Positions 17,947 to 27,204 of a stretch of 64,000 nt of DNA are shown here, one piece after another. The notes beneath the pieces were generated by a model. The model ran no database searches and was not told where the DNA came from. It saw only the letters and a list, made by a program, of their open reading frames with translations. Origin of the DNA: a virus; the IMG/VR virus record IMGVR_UViG_3300044981_000152, positions 35,221 through 99,220 of that record; one strand, 5' to 3'. The position numbers were made by a program, and so were the translations under genes. How positions within the stretch are numbered: the stretch's first letter is position 1; every line of letters starts with the position of its first letter.

Positions 17947-18922
17947 GGGGGAACTCCCTCGGGAAAGGCTCGGGCCATTCGGCGGCGTTGCCGCCTTTCC
18001 GGTCGGCGCAGCCCCATTCGCGGGCGAGTGCAGCGCCGGCCTGCTTGAACAGGAACGGGATGCGGGCGTCCTGGCACTGATCCCGCAGCGACCGTGCCCA
18101 CTCGGGAAGCATCGGCCGCGCACCCGGGCCCGACTCGCCGCCAGCGACAACCCATGACACCGAGCCGGGGCAGGCCGCGTAGATCTCGCCGGCCGCCGTC
18201 TTCACGTCGCCGTAGAGCGCATCGACGAAGACGTTGCCCCGGATCTGGAGGTTGCGGAGGTCGATCGCGCCGAGCAGCGGCTCCGCGGAAACCCACAGCA
18301 CGCCGGCGGCGGGCTGGCAGGACAGCAGCGCGTGCACCCGGATCGCCGCCCAGTGCTGATCCTCAGCCGAGACGCCCAGGCACAGGTTCGGGATCGGCCA
18401 CGGCGCCTGCTGGCCAAAGTGGGTGTCGATGTAGTCGGCCCACGCCCGGCCGCCGCGCCCGAGGTCGGCGGCCAGCTGGTCCCAGCGGGCCTCGTACATG
18501 GCCCGGAACTCCGGCGAGGTCAGCAGCGAGCGCATCCGGCCGTGCCGCTTCGTCAGGAGCTGGAAGGTGTGCCACCGCGCCATGGCCATGACGGCGAACA
18601 CCTCGGCGATGAACTGATCCGGCACGTCCTCGTAGAACAGGTCCGCGAGGCTGTTGACGAACACCTTGCGCGGCTTGCGCCAGTGCAGCGGCTGCTCTAG
18701 GCGTTCAGGCAGGAGGTTGACGCGGCCGGTCCAGTCGGCCCGGCCAGGGGTCTGCACGGTCAGGCCATCGAACGCGGCGGCTACCTTCGGGTTCGGGTTC
18801 CCGGCCCGGATGCGCGCCTGGATGATCGCGTAACAGTGATCACATCCCGGCGACACGCGGGCACAGCCGAGCACGGGGTTCCAGCTCGCGTCGCTCCACT
18901 CGATCGCGGTGTTGTCGCTCAT
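17936..18922 (-). CDS. DUF5131 (phage Gp37/Gp68) family protein
   Basis: IEWSDASWNPVLGCARVSPGCDHCYA, FVNSLADLF, FQLLTKR, GGESG, FLFKQ. Confidence 0.95.
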   Translation of the reverse strand: MSDNTAIEWSDASWNPVLGCARVSPGCDHCYAIIQARIRAGNPNPKVAAAFDGLTVQTPGRADWTGRVNLLPERLEQPLHWRKPRKVFVNSLADLFYEDVPDQFIAEVFAVMAMARWHTFQLLTKRHGRMRSLLTSPEFRAMYEARWDQLAADLGRGGRAWADYIDTHFGQQAPWPIPNLCLGVSAEDQHWAAIRVHALLSCQPAAGVLWVSAEPLLGAIDLRNLQIRGNVFVDALYGDVKTAAGEIYAACPGSVSWVVAGGESGPGARPMLPEWARSLRDQCQDARIPFLFKQAGAALAREWGCADRKGGNAAEWPEPFPREFPRAA

Positions 18923-19158
18923 GCGGCCCTCGGAACTTGCCGGTCGCCAGCGGTCTCAGGCGCGGTAACCGCCGCCTTCACGTCGTCGAGGAGAGCCTGA
19001 CTCGCCGCCGTCACCGTGATCTTCGGCGGGGCCTTTACCGGTGCGACGAGCCGCAGCCTGGCCTCCAGCGTCCGCAGCGCCTTCCAGCCGGTCCCGAGGG
19101 TGGCCAGGTAGCAGGCTGCGCCGATCACCTCGGCTGTGATTATCTCGGGGGTGTTCAA
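18919..19158 (-). CDS. small membrane protein
   Basis: TTG start overlapping the upstream stop; one TM-like segment. Confidence 0.45.
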   Translation of the reverse strand: MNTPEIITAEVIGAACYLATLGTGWKALRTLEARLRLVAPVKAPPKITVTAASQALLDDVKAAVTAPETAGDRQVPRAA

Positions 19159-19328
19159 TGCAACTCCCCGGCGGCGAGGATGAGCGTCACGGTGATCGCC
19201 GCGCAGATGACGACCGCGCCCACTGCGGCAGCCGGCGTAAAGGGCTTGGGCGTCTTGCCGATCCGGCCGACCGCCATCAGCGCGGCAAGAACCTCGAAGG
19301 CGGCTATCACGTACAGGGCGTACTTCAT
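19155..19328 (-). CDS. small two-TM membrane protein
   Basis: Two hydrophobic helices. Confidence 0.6.
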   Translation of the reverse strand: MKYALYVIAAFEVLAALMAVGRIGKTPKPFTPAAAVGAVVICAAITVTLILAAGELH

Positions 19329-19678
19329 GCGGGTCCTCCGTTGCTGTCGTCGCGCTTCCTGCAGTGCCCGCACACCGGGAGCGGCCCGTGCCGGTCCCGG
19401 TGGTCAAGCCACGGCCCTTTCCCCCGGTCACCCGCAGGGCACAGGGGCTTCCAGGAGCCGGGGCGGGCGTAGTGAGCTACTGACCCGTTCGGCGAGTAGA
19501 GAAGCTGCCGGGGCCCGGGTTCCGCAGGTGCTGCAGCGGGAGCCGGCGAGGCCGACGGGAGATCCTGCATCGGGGGATCAGGCAGCGGCGACACATCAGC
19601 CCTCGGCACCGACGGCGGCGGGCCGGCGTGCAGCCCGACCTTGGCCGGACCGCGCTTCTTGCGCTTGAAGATCCTCAC
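19325..19678 (-). CDS. hypothetical protein
   Basis: H...C...CGHC; coupled. Confidence 0.55.
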   Translation of the reverse strand: MRIFKRKKRGPAKVGLHAGPPPSVPRADVSPLPDPPMQDLPSASPAPAAAPAEPGPRQLLYSPNGSVAHYARPGSWKPLCPAGDRGKGPWLDHRDRHGPLPVCGHCRKRDDSNGGPA

Positions 19679-19733
19679 GGAGTACCTGCCTCTCTGACGG
19701 CCTGCCCGGCGGCCAGGGCGATGCTGCCGGCGA

Positions 19734-19925
19734 TCACAAGAGCACCTTCCCGGCGGCGGCCAGGACGGCGGTGATCACCGACATGACCACGCACAAGACG
19801 GCGAACGCCACCCTGAGCCGCCGTTCTCCCGCCACGGCGCTCCAGCAGGCGAGGCCGAAGGCGGCGACGGCGAACCACGCGGCGATGAAGAGCACCGCGG
19901 CGGCGAGAACGGGATGGGTCGTCAC
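19734..19925 (-). CDS. small two-TM membrane protein
   Basis: Hydrophobic helices; GTGA overlap. Confidence 0.55.
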   Translation of the reverse strand: MTTHPVLAAAVLFIAAWFAVAAFGLACWSAVAGERRLRVAFAVLCVVMSVITAVLAAAGKVLL

Positions 19926-20266
19926 CGAGGCCCCCGTCCCCGGCTTCCGGCCGGCACGGCGATCGCCCGGCCCCGGTAGCGCCTGGCCAGCCACGGCAGC
20001 CGCCACCCCGGATACACGCGCTCCGCCTCCGTCGCCTCGTGGTAGCGGGCCACCAGCTCGTACCACCGGTCAGCCATCGCACCGGAGAGGGTGATCCCGT
20101 CCCGCTGCGCGCCAGGTGCCCGGCACGGCCGGGACCAGGCCCGGCGCAGGACCACCGCCAGGACGATGATCACGGCGGCGGTGACCAGGGCGACGGCAAG
20201 GTCGACTACGCCGCCTCCGCCATGGCCGCCCCCGTCCGGCGGGGACCAGCTGTACGCCGTCCTCAT
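19922..20266 (-). CDS. membrane-anchored hypothetical protein
   Basis: One TM segment; ATGA overlap. Confidence 0.5.
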   Translation of the reverse strand: MRTAYSWSPPDGGGHGGGGVVDLAVALVTAAVIIVLAVVLRRAWSRPCRAPGAQRDGITLSGAMADRWYELVARYHEATEAERVYPGWRLPWLARRYRGRAIAVPAGSRGRGPR

Positions 20267-20844
20267 GCTGCCGCCCTTTCCGCCTCGGTGAGCCGCCGCC
20301 CGTCGTCCGTCAGCCAGAAAGTGACGCCGGGGCCGTCCGGCCGCTCGAAGTACATGACGCCGACCTCGGCCGGGTCCTGCCAGGAGAACAGCGCGTAGCC
20401 CTTCCCCTCGTCGTGCGGGTCGGTGCGGCCGTCAACGCGGCCGTGGCACTTCTCGCCGCCGAGTCCGAGCAAAACGACCAAATTCGAGGGCACTGGCCGT
20501 CCGCCCTGGCTGGCCCGGACGCGGTGGCCGAGGCTGTAGTGCTGGCCCTTGATGGGGGTGCCGCAGCAGACGCAGCAAAAGCGGTCGCGGGCCAGTACCA
20601 GCGCGCGGACCTCAAGCGAGATCAGGTCCTCGCCGCGGACCGTGACGATCCGGTACGTCTTGCACCGCCAGCATTTCTCCGCTTTCCAGTCGATCTCCGA
20701 CCGGGGCCTGAGGTCGGCCGCCCTGCGGAGCGCGATGATCTCCGCGGCCTTCTCTGCCGTGTGCTGCTTGTGGTCGCAGGCGGCGGTGAGCGTGCCACCT
20801 CGGGCGAGGCTGGTCATGGCGCGAACCTCGCGTCCTTCCGCCAC
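20263..20844 (-). CDS. HNH-like endonuclease
   Basis: RDRFCCVCCG...HRVRASQGG...SNLVVL...CHG. Confidence 0.75.
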   Translation of the reverse strand: MAEGREVRAMTSLARGGTLTAACDHKQHTAEKAAEIIALRRAADLRPRSEIDWKAEKCWRCKTYRIVTVRGEDLISLEVRALVLARDRFCCVCCGTPIKGQHYSLGHRVRASQGGRPVPSNLVVLLGLGGEKCHGRVDGRTDPHDEGKGYALFSWQDPAEVGVMYFERPDGPGVTFWLTDDGRRLTEAERAAA

Positions 20845-20896
20845 TGGCGCATCCTCCGGCGCTCACCCAGGGCCCGGATCAGCCGAGCGAGGGCGC

Positions 20897-21319
20897 TCAT
20901 GAGCCGTACCCCTCGATCGCGTTCCGCTCGGCCCGCTGCGTGGCGCCGATGCTCCGGCAGGTGTCCCAGTCGTCCTTCAGCAGGCGGAGCACTTCCTTCG
21001 CCGCGTCCAGCTCAGCCTTAAGCGCGTCGGCGGCGAACACAGCCCCCGCCGCGGCGAGGCGCGACGCCTGGTCTCGCTGCTGCTGCGGCCCGTCGGCGGA
21101 CATGAACTCCTCGGCCCGGACGATCGTGGCGACCTTGACCGCCTCGGCGACATCGGTCTGGAGCTGCCGGATCTCCTCGATCTTGTCCCGTCGCATCCGC
21201 TGGATCGCGACCATCACCTGGGCGATCTCGCGCGGGCCCAGGTCTTCCGCCTGCCGCCCGCGCGGATGCTCGCCGGGCGACAGGATGCGCTCGATCGCGA
21301 CGGCTTCCAGGGTGGTCAC
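20897..21319 (-). CDS. hypothetical coiled-coil protein
   Basis: Coupled to recT. Confidence 0.65.
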   Translation of the reverse strand: MTTLEAVAIERILSPGEHPRGRQAEDLGPREIAQVMVAIQRMRRDKIEEIRQLQTDVAEAVKVATIVRAEEFMSADGPQQQRDQASRLAAAGAVFAADALKAELDAAKEVLRLLKDDWDTCRSIGATQRAERNAIEGYGS

Positions 21320-22242
21320 GCGGGCTCGCTCCCCGGCACGAACCCCTCCGGCCAGCCGTCCTCCGGGGTGCTCCTGGCGGGGTTGCCGAGGTCTTCATCC
21401 GCTGCGTCATCATCAGCGACCTGGCCGGGCAGCACGCGGGGCGGCCGCTCGGTCACTTCCCCGGCGTTCGCGGTCGGCGTGAGGTCGACCCGGATGCCGT
21501 TGTCCGCCTGCATCGCGGTGACCATCTCGGCGGACTTCGGGAGCAGCGCGAAGTTCCGCAGGATCATGGTCTTCTTCCCCATGGGCAGGAAGTGGTCGGT
21601 CCAGGGGCCGACGATCTTCCCGTTCTGGTTCCGCGGCGCATGCCTGTCCCGGTGCTGCTGCATCTCCTCAACTGACCAGGGGTCGGTGAGGGAGTAGCCG
21701 CCGCCGATGACCCGGGCGACCGAGTAGAAGCACACCGGATCACCGTGCAGGCCGCGGTAGGAGGGCTTGTGCAGGAGCTTGTCGCCGTCCTCGTGGAACT
21801 CGATGTCGAACTCTTCGCCCTCGTAGACGACCCGCGACGCGATCCCGGCGAGCTTGCCCGACCGGTAGCCGAGCTCGATGTACCCCTTGTAGCCGACGAC
21901 GAGCTGGGCGCGATGCCGGCGCTGGGCGTTGTCCCAGTACGGAAGCGGCCACGCGTGCCCGAGACTGGCCACGCCGGGCCGCAGGTCAAGCTGGGCGCAC
22001 GTCATCAGCGACCCGAGGAAGCTTTCCGGGTCGCACTTGTCGAGGTTCTTGATGGTCCGCAGGCACGTCATCGCGTCGCGGACAAGCTGGGTCGCCTCGC
22101 GGCCCTTCGGCATGGCCGCCTGGAATTCCGGGGTCATCCGCTCAAGCTGCTGCGCGAGCGTCCTGACCTGCTCGGGCTCGGAGCCGTTCCCGTTGCTGCC
22201 GTTGCGCTGGGCTGCTGCCCGCGCGGCTAGTTCTCGTCCCAT
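21316..22242 (-). CDS. recT: RecT-family ssDNA annealing recombinase
   Basis: SFLGSLMTCAQLDL, AQLVVGYKGYIELGYRSG, PWTDHFLPMGKKT. Confidence 0.93.
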   Translation of the reverse strand: MGRELAARAAAQRNGSNGNGSEPEQVRTLAQQLERMTPEFQAAMPKGREATQLVRDAMTCLRTIKNLDKCDPESFLGSLMTCAQLDLRPGVASLGHAWPLPYWDNAQRRHRAQLVVGYKGYIELGYRSGKLAGIASRVVYEGEEFDIEFHEDGDKLLHKPSYRGLHGDPVCFYSVARVIGGGYSLTDPWSVEEMQQHRDRHAPRNQNGKIVGPWTDHFLPMGKKTMILRNFALLPKSAEMVTAMQADNGIRVDLTPTANAGEVTERPPRVLPGQVADDDAADEDLGNPARSTPEDGWPEGFVPGSEPA

Positions 22243-22244
22243 GG

Positions 22245-23222
22245 TTACGCATCCCCCTTGAGCGTGACGTTGAACTGGCGGAATCCCTTGTCCGTGACGA
22301 CCTCAGCGGCCACGTCGGGATACTTCTCGCGCAGGACCGCGATTCCTTCCTTCGGGACGCTGGTCTTGCTGCGGTTCGCCCACCGGGCGACGGTCTCGCC
22401 CTCGTACGTGGCCGTCCCGGCGTCGCCCATGGCGGCGGTGATGAGCGCCTTGATCTCGTTCTTCCGGCCCTTGGCGGCGCTCTCGTTGGCGAGCTCCTTG
22501 CGGTACTCGCGCAGCAGGGCCACGTCGGCGGCGGACAATTCCGCCGTCTTGCCGTCGTCCGCCTCGGGGTACAGGCGCGCGATCAGGTCGGCCGACGCGC
22601 GGCCTTCGAGGGCGGGCGGGGTGCGGGCCTCGACCAGGTGCCAGAACTCTTCCTCGCACGCGGTCAGGTCGGCGATGAACGCCTCGTCCCGCTCGATCCG
22701 GCGGATGACCGGGGGCTGCCCGCCGACCTGCGCGGCCAGCCATGCGTGCGGCAGGCCGGTGACCGCCATGGCGTGCTGGGCCTGCGCCTCGGCGCCGTCG
22801 GCGACGATCTCGCCCTCGCCGTCTTCCCACTCGCCGCGGCGGTGGTAGTTCGTGTTCTTGATCTCCAGGATGCCGCCGTCGGCCGTGAGCCGGTCGACGG
22901 ACACCCGCTGCCACGTCCGCTCGGCGTGCTGCATGAGCCCGCAGCGGCGGGCGCTGACGCCGGTCTTGAACGTGAACCACTCGGCGATGGGCCCCTCGAC
23001 GTAGTTGCCCCAGGCCATGCCGTCGGTCTGCTCGCGCTCACCCCGGTCGTCGCCGGTCTTGTCGAGGTAGACCTCCATGCGGGTCTTCCACGGGTCCAGG
23101 CCCAGGACCGCGAGGGCGTCGCTGCCGCCGATGCCGTCCCGCCGCAGCCTCAGCCACTCCTCGCGGGGCGTGTCGTAGCGGGCCACCAGGATGCCGGCCG
23201 GCGTGACCTTGCGCCCGGTCAT
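22245..23222 (-). CDS. YqaJ-family viral recombinase exonuclease
   Basis: WLRLRRDGIGGSDA, SVDR...ILEIK; adjacent to recT. Confidence 0.93.
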   Translation of the reverse strand: MTGRKVTPAGILVARYDTPREEWLRLRRDGIGGSDALAVLGLDPWKTRMEVYLDKTGDDRGEREQTDGMAWGNYVEGPIAEWFTFKTGVSARRCGLMQHAERTWQRVSVDRLTADGGILEIKNTNYHRRGEWEDGEGEIVADGAEAQAQHAMAVTGLPHAWLAAQVGGQPPVIRRIERDEAFIADLTACEEEFWHLVEARTPPALEGRASADLIARLYPEADDGKTAELSAADVALLREYRKELANESAAKGRKNEIKALITAAMGDAGTATYEGETVARWANRSKTSVPKEGIAVLREKYPDVAAEVVTDKGFRQFNVTLKGDA

Positions 23223-23575
23223 GACGCACCGCCTGCGGCTGCCCGACCCTCGGCCGACGTGAGCACCTCGGCCAGGGGGGATCTGCCCGCGGTGACGTAC
23301 GCCGGGTCGATCTCGCGGGTCACGAACTCGGCGAAGCGGTCCGCGTCGTCCTTGCCGTCCACGATCCAGGCCGCGACCACGCGCTGGAGCTTGGCGGCCT
23401 CGGCGTACCCGATCTGCCACGCTTCCTCGGCCACGTGGCGGGCCATGACGGCAGGGTCGGGATGGGTGCCGCGTTCCACGGCGAGGTCCAGCTGGAAACT
23501 CGCCGGGCCAGTGTGCGAGGTCTCGTCGCCGGGCCGCGCGCCGCCGGTCAGGATCACGACGTACTGGCCGCTCAT
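23219..23575 (-). CDS. hypothetical protein
   Basis: Coupled ORF. Confidence 0.6.
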   Translation of the reverse strand: MSGQYVVILTGGARPGDETSHTGPASFQLDLAVERGTHPDPAVMARHVAEEAWQIGYAEAAKLQRVVAAWIVDGKDDADRFAEFVTREIDPAYVTAGRSPLAEVLTSAEGRAAAGGAS

Positions 23576-23916
23576 GCCGCTGTCTCCCGGTCGTTCCGGG
23601 GCTCGCACCCCGGGAACACGCGGATCAGCTCAGCCGTCCAGTACGCGACGTGCTCAGCGGCCCGCTCCAGGGCCGTGTGCAGCGCCTCCGGGTCACCCTT
23701 GAGGTCGTCCCATTCGGATGCGGGGTGGATGAGGTCACGCGAGAGCGCGTCGTACAGGTCCAGGGCGTCCTGCAGCGCGCCGGCCTCGGCCTTCGCGGCA
23801 TCGCGGACGCTGGCGGGCCATTCGGGGCTGGTGGCGCGGGCGAGGACCAGGAGCCCGTACGCGACGGTCTCGCGGCGGCACTCCGGGGTGATCGCCCCGG
23901 TCCCGTTGATGATCAT
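23572..23916 (-). CDS. hypothetical protein
   Basis: Coupled ORF. Confidence 0.6.
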   Translation of the reverse strand: MIINGTGAITPECRRETVAYGLLVLARATSPEWPASVRDAAKAEAGALQDALDLYDALSRDLIHPASEWDDLKGDPEALHTALERAAEHVAYWTAELIRVFPGCEPRNDRETAA

Positions 23917-24401
23917 GCTGCCTGCCCCTCCCGCCGCCGTTCGGCCTCCACCTGGTGCATGGCGAACGCGATAGCCCGGCGTACCCCGACGGCGGTCTCG
24001 TCGAGTTCCTCGTGGATGCTGCGGCGGGCCTTGCGGACGTAGGCGTGGATGTCCTCGTACCACCCGTCGCGGATGTCCTGCCCGAACCGCAGCCATACCG
24101 CGTCGTCGCCCGCGTACAGGACGACCCCGGTGCCGGGACGCTGCCCGTACTTGTGGTAGTCGCACCGGCACGGCGGCTCCGGCTCGGGGGCGGGGCTGCC
24201 GGTGACGGCCAGGAACGGTCCCGTGTGATGCTCGGCGTAGCCTCCCGCCATCGCTGCCGCGTGCTGCGGTACCGGCACGGCCGGGTACTCGTGCGCTACT
24301 TCCGGCAGGGGGACGAGCACGCCCGCGGCGGACACGGCACGACCCGCGGCCGGCGTCGTCGTGCGCGCGGAGCGGAACCGGCGGGGCCTGCGGCGGCTCA
24401 T
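23913..24401 (-). CDS. hypothetical protein
   Basis: Coupled ORF. Confidence 0.6.
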   Translation of the reverse strand: MSRRRPRRFRSARTTTPAAGRAVSAAGVLVPLPEVAHEYPAVPVPQHAAAMAGGYAEHHTGPFLAVTGSPAPEPEPPCRCDYHKYGQRPGTGVVLYAGDDAVWLRFGQDIRDGWYEDIHAYVRKARRSIHEELDETAVGVRRAIAFAMHQVEAERRREGQAA

Positions 24402-24745
24402 GACGCCGCCTGCCCGGTGAGCGCGGCGAACGCGGCGTCATGGTCGGGGGTGTAGTGCGCGTCGACGGTCAGCGACTCGCCGTCCTGGGTCCACCGGCGC
24501 TGGGCGAAGTACGTCTCGTTGCGGAAGTCCAGCGGGACGCCGAGCCAGTCGGCGATGGCCTGCGCTTTCGCGAGGCGCTCGGCGGGGGTGCCGTCGGCGA
24601 TCTTGATGCTGATGACGGCATCGAGCTTGGGCCGTCCGTCCGGGTGGTTATCCCAGTAGGCGGAGACCTCGGCGAGGACGATGCTGCCCCCGGAGGTCCC
24701 GTTCCCGGTCGCGAGGGACTTCTCGCGTTCAGTCAAGCCGATCAT
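24398..24745 (-). CDS. hypothetical protein
   Basis: GGAG RBS; first gene after the Cro-like gene. Confidence 0.65.
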   Translation of the reverse strand: MIGLTEREKSLATGNGTSGGSIVLAEVSAYWDNHPDGRPKLDAVISIKIADGTPAERLAKAQAIADWLGVPLDFRNETYFAQRRWTQDGESLTVDAHYTPDHDAAFAALTGQAAS

Positions 24746-24847
24746 GTCTCGTTCTCCGTTTCCGATATCGGTCTGTTATCCTTTGGTTGTCCGTTCTCCG
24801 GACATCCCGCCCCGCTGCGTCACCAGCGGGGCGAAGTTCCCTCTTTG

Positions 24848-25168
24848 CTAGGCCGCCGCCCCGTTCACCTGGGGCGGGCACTCGTGGCCGGGCTCCCACA
24901 GGCTGCTGCACCCGACGCATACGGTCGCGAGGCGCGTGCCGGGCCGGCCGTCCTTGCGCTCCAGCGATTCCCCGGAGCAGCCGAAGACTTCCGCCAGCCG
25001 GGCGATCATCGCGGGATGGGCGTTGCGGGTGCCGCTCTCGATCATGCTGACCAGGGCGAGGGATACGCCGAGCCGCCGCGCCACGTCGCTCTTGGTCAGG
25101 CCGGCCTGCTTGCGTGCCCAGGTCACGGCCTGCGGCTCGTGGTCGAAGACTGGCTTGGGGTTGCCCAT
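24848..25168 (-). CDS. Cro-like XRE HTH regulator with C-terminal Cys cluster
   Basis: ARKQAGLTKSDVARRLGVSLALVSMIESGTR; CVGC...HEC. Confidence 0.88.
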   Translation of the reverse strand: MGNPKPVFDHEPQAVTWARKQAGLTKSDVARRLGVSLALVSMIESGTRNAHPAMIARLAEVFGCSGESLERKDGRPGTRLATVCVGCSSLWEPGHECPPQVNGAAA

Positions 25169-25337
25169 GACGGGAACAATAGTGTGAAGGGACGTTATAT
25201 GCAAGTACCTACCGGCACCTTCTCGCACCTTTTTCACAAGCCCTTCACAGACCTGCGCCGAAGTGTTACCGTCACGGGCGGGCGGGATACGCGCACCTGG
25301 TAGACACCTGGTGTGAACCTATGTGAAGGTAGACCGC
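25169..25337. promoter_or_regulatory. divergent lysis/lysogeny switch region
   Basis: Between divergent HTH genes; five TGTGAA/TTCACA half-sites. Confidence 0.7.
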
Positions 25338-26024
25338 ATGGATACGCGCCCGCCACAGCCCCCCGAAGGCCGTCTCATAGGCGATGCAGCCGAACGCCTC
25401 GACCTCTCCATCAGGGAAGCAGCCCGCCGCGCCGGCATCTCCTACGGCCGCTGGCGCCAGATCGTCCAGGGCTACCAGAACGTCTCCCCCGGCAACTACG
25501 CGATAGTCCGCATACCCGACACCGGACGCGCGGCCAGGACCCTGGCGAAGATGGCGGCAGTCGCCGGCGTCACGCCCGAGCAGATGGAGACCATCGGGCA
25601 GCGTCCCGCCATAGCCGAGGTGATGCGCAGCCTGCCGGGCGCCCCGCGCCCTGTGCTCGCCGGCGAGTCCCCTCCTGACGCCCCGCCCGGCTTCATCAGC
25701 CGGGAGGCAGAGGAGGCAGCGCGGCCGTTCAGGGACGAGATCTGGCTGCGGCGCGGCGAGTGGAGAGAAAAGTACGCCTCCGCCCATCCCGGCATCGCCC
25801 CCAGCGACATCCCGGAGCCGCCCGGTGCCGCCCTGTTCGGCGAGGGCAGCCCTGACGCCCAGGACTGGGACCGCATGGGGAGCCGCGGCCTCGACCTCCA
25901 GGGGCGCATATGGGTCCTCGCCGCCACGCAGGTCCACGAGGCCAGGGCAAAGGACCGGGAAGCGGCCGGGTTAACCGGCCCGGTTCGCAGCAAGCCTCGG
26001 CAGCGTCGTATTACCGCGCGGTAA
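25338..26024 (+). CDS. CI-like immunity repressor (XRE HTH)
   Basis: LSIREAARRAGISYGRWRQIVQGY...TLAKMAAVAGVTPEQM; divergent from the Cro-like gene. Confidence 0.85.
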   Translation: MDTRPPQPPEGRLIGDAAERLDLSIREAARRAGISYGRWRQIVQGYQNVSPGNYAIVRIPDTGRAARTLAKMAAVAGVTPEQMETIGQRPAIAEVMRSLPGAPRPVLAGESPPDAPPGFISREAEEAARPFRDEIWLRRGEWREKYASAHPGIAPSDIPEPPGAALFGEGSPDAQDWDRMGSRGLDLQGRIWVLAATQVHEARAKDREAAGLTGPVRSKPRQRRITAR

Positions 26025-26175
26025 CGATACCGGCACGGACATAAGTGACCGCCTGCCGGCTATTGCCGGGCTGCGGACTGTGACACGAGGATTTCTGGTC
26101 TACTGGTGCAATGAGAGGGGCACGCTTAGCTCCGAGGAGCGGCGGGCAACGCAAGTTCAAGGGGAGGGCCTGGCG

Positions 26176-27168
26176 ATGATGCCGGAGGTTGGCGCACGCG
26201 ACGGCACGGCGGCAGCGGATTGCGGAGAAGTGGCCCGGCGGATGCAGGTGCGGGAGGATCAGTACGCTGCCCTGCTCGCCGCCATCGTCGCCGACCCGGA
26301 CCGGCCGGACCTGGCCCGGTGCCTGTCGCGCCAGACGGCGACGGACCGGGAGCTGCGCGCGTGGCTGGCTGGCCACGAGGCCGCCGACGCCTACGCTGAG
26401 TCCGTAGCCCGGCGGGCCTACGAGCGGGGCCGCGCCGACGAGCGCGCCGCCCAGGCGCAGCGCAAGGGCCGCCACGCCGCCGTCCCGGCTCAGCGCAGCT
26501 TCTTTCCCAGGTTGGTCCAGGGGATCGCCGGGCTGCCGCTCCTGGCCAAGCTAAGTCTCGGCTTCGGCGCTGCCGCGGTAGTCGCGGCGGGCGGCGCCGG
26601 GATCGCAGCGCATACCGTCCTCGCGCATCCCTCCGCCGCCGCAGCAGCCCCGGCCGCCGCCGCGCCGAGCTATGACACCGTGGCCACGCCGCTCCCGCCC
26701 CCGTCCTCGTCGCCAGCCGCTCTTACCCATCCGAAGGTGGACGCTGCGAGAGCGGGCCAGCTCCCCGTGCCCGTCATCACGCTCCCGTCCTTCGCTACGA
26801 CCCCGGCGGCGTCCGCATCCCCACCTGCGCCATCGCCGCAGCCGCCCGCCGCCGGCACGCTCACCGCGTCCACGACGTTCATCGACCTCGGCGCGGGGGA
26901 CCTCCCCCAGTTCGCGATCACGGCGCAGGGCGGCAGGGTCGCATGGGCGGCGAACTGCACCGGCCAGGTACTGGCCTGCAGCAGCACGAGCGGGCTGCTC
27001 GAGGACGGCGGCACGGTCACCGTCGGGATCACGGTCAGCCCCGACGCGCTGCTCAGCGGGGGGGCGGCCGTGATCATCGTGGACCCGGGGCACATCCGGG
27101 TCACCGTGACCTGGCCGGCCGCCCCGGTCCCGTCCGTGAGCGATACGCCGACGCCTTCGTCCTCCTGA
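26176..27168 (+). CDS. single-pass membrane protein with Pro-rich linker and Ig-like C-terminal domain
   Basis: Hydrophobic LSLGFGAAAVVAAGGAGIAA, P/S/A-rich stalk, beta-rich C-terminus with Cys pair. Confidence 0.7.
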   Translation: MMPEVGARDGTAAADCGEVARRMQVREDQYAALLAAIVADPDRPDLARCLSRQTATDRELRAWLAGHEAADAYAESVARRAYERGRADERAAQAQRKGRHAAVPAQRSFFPRLVQGIAGLPLLAKLSLGFGAAAVVAAGGAGIAAHTVLAHPSAAAAAPAAAAPSYDTVATPLPPPSSSPAALTHPKVDAARAGQLPVPVITLPSFATTPAASASPPAPSPQPPAAGTLTASTTFIDLGAGDLPQFAITAQGGRVAWAANCTGQVLACSSTSGLLEDGGTVTVGITVSPDALLSGGAAVIIVDPGHIRVTVTWPAAPVPSVSDTPTPSSS

Positions 27169-27204
27169 ACCGGGGCCGCCCGCTGCTGCGCTAGCCTTCC
27201 CTCC

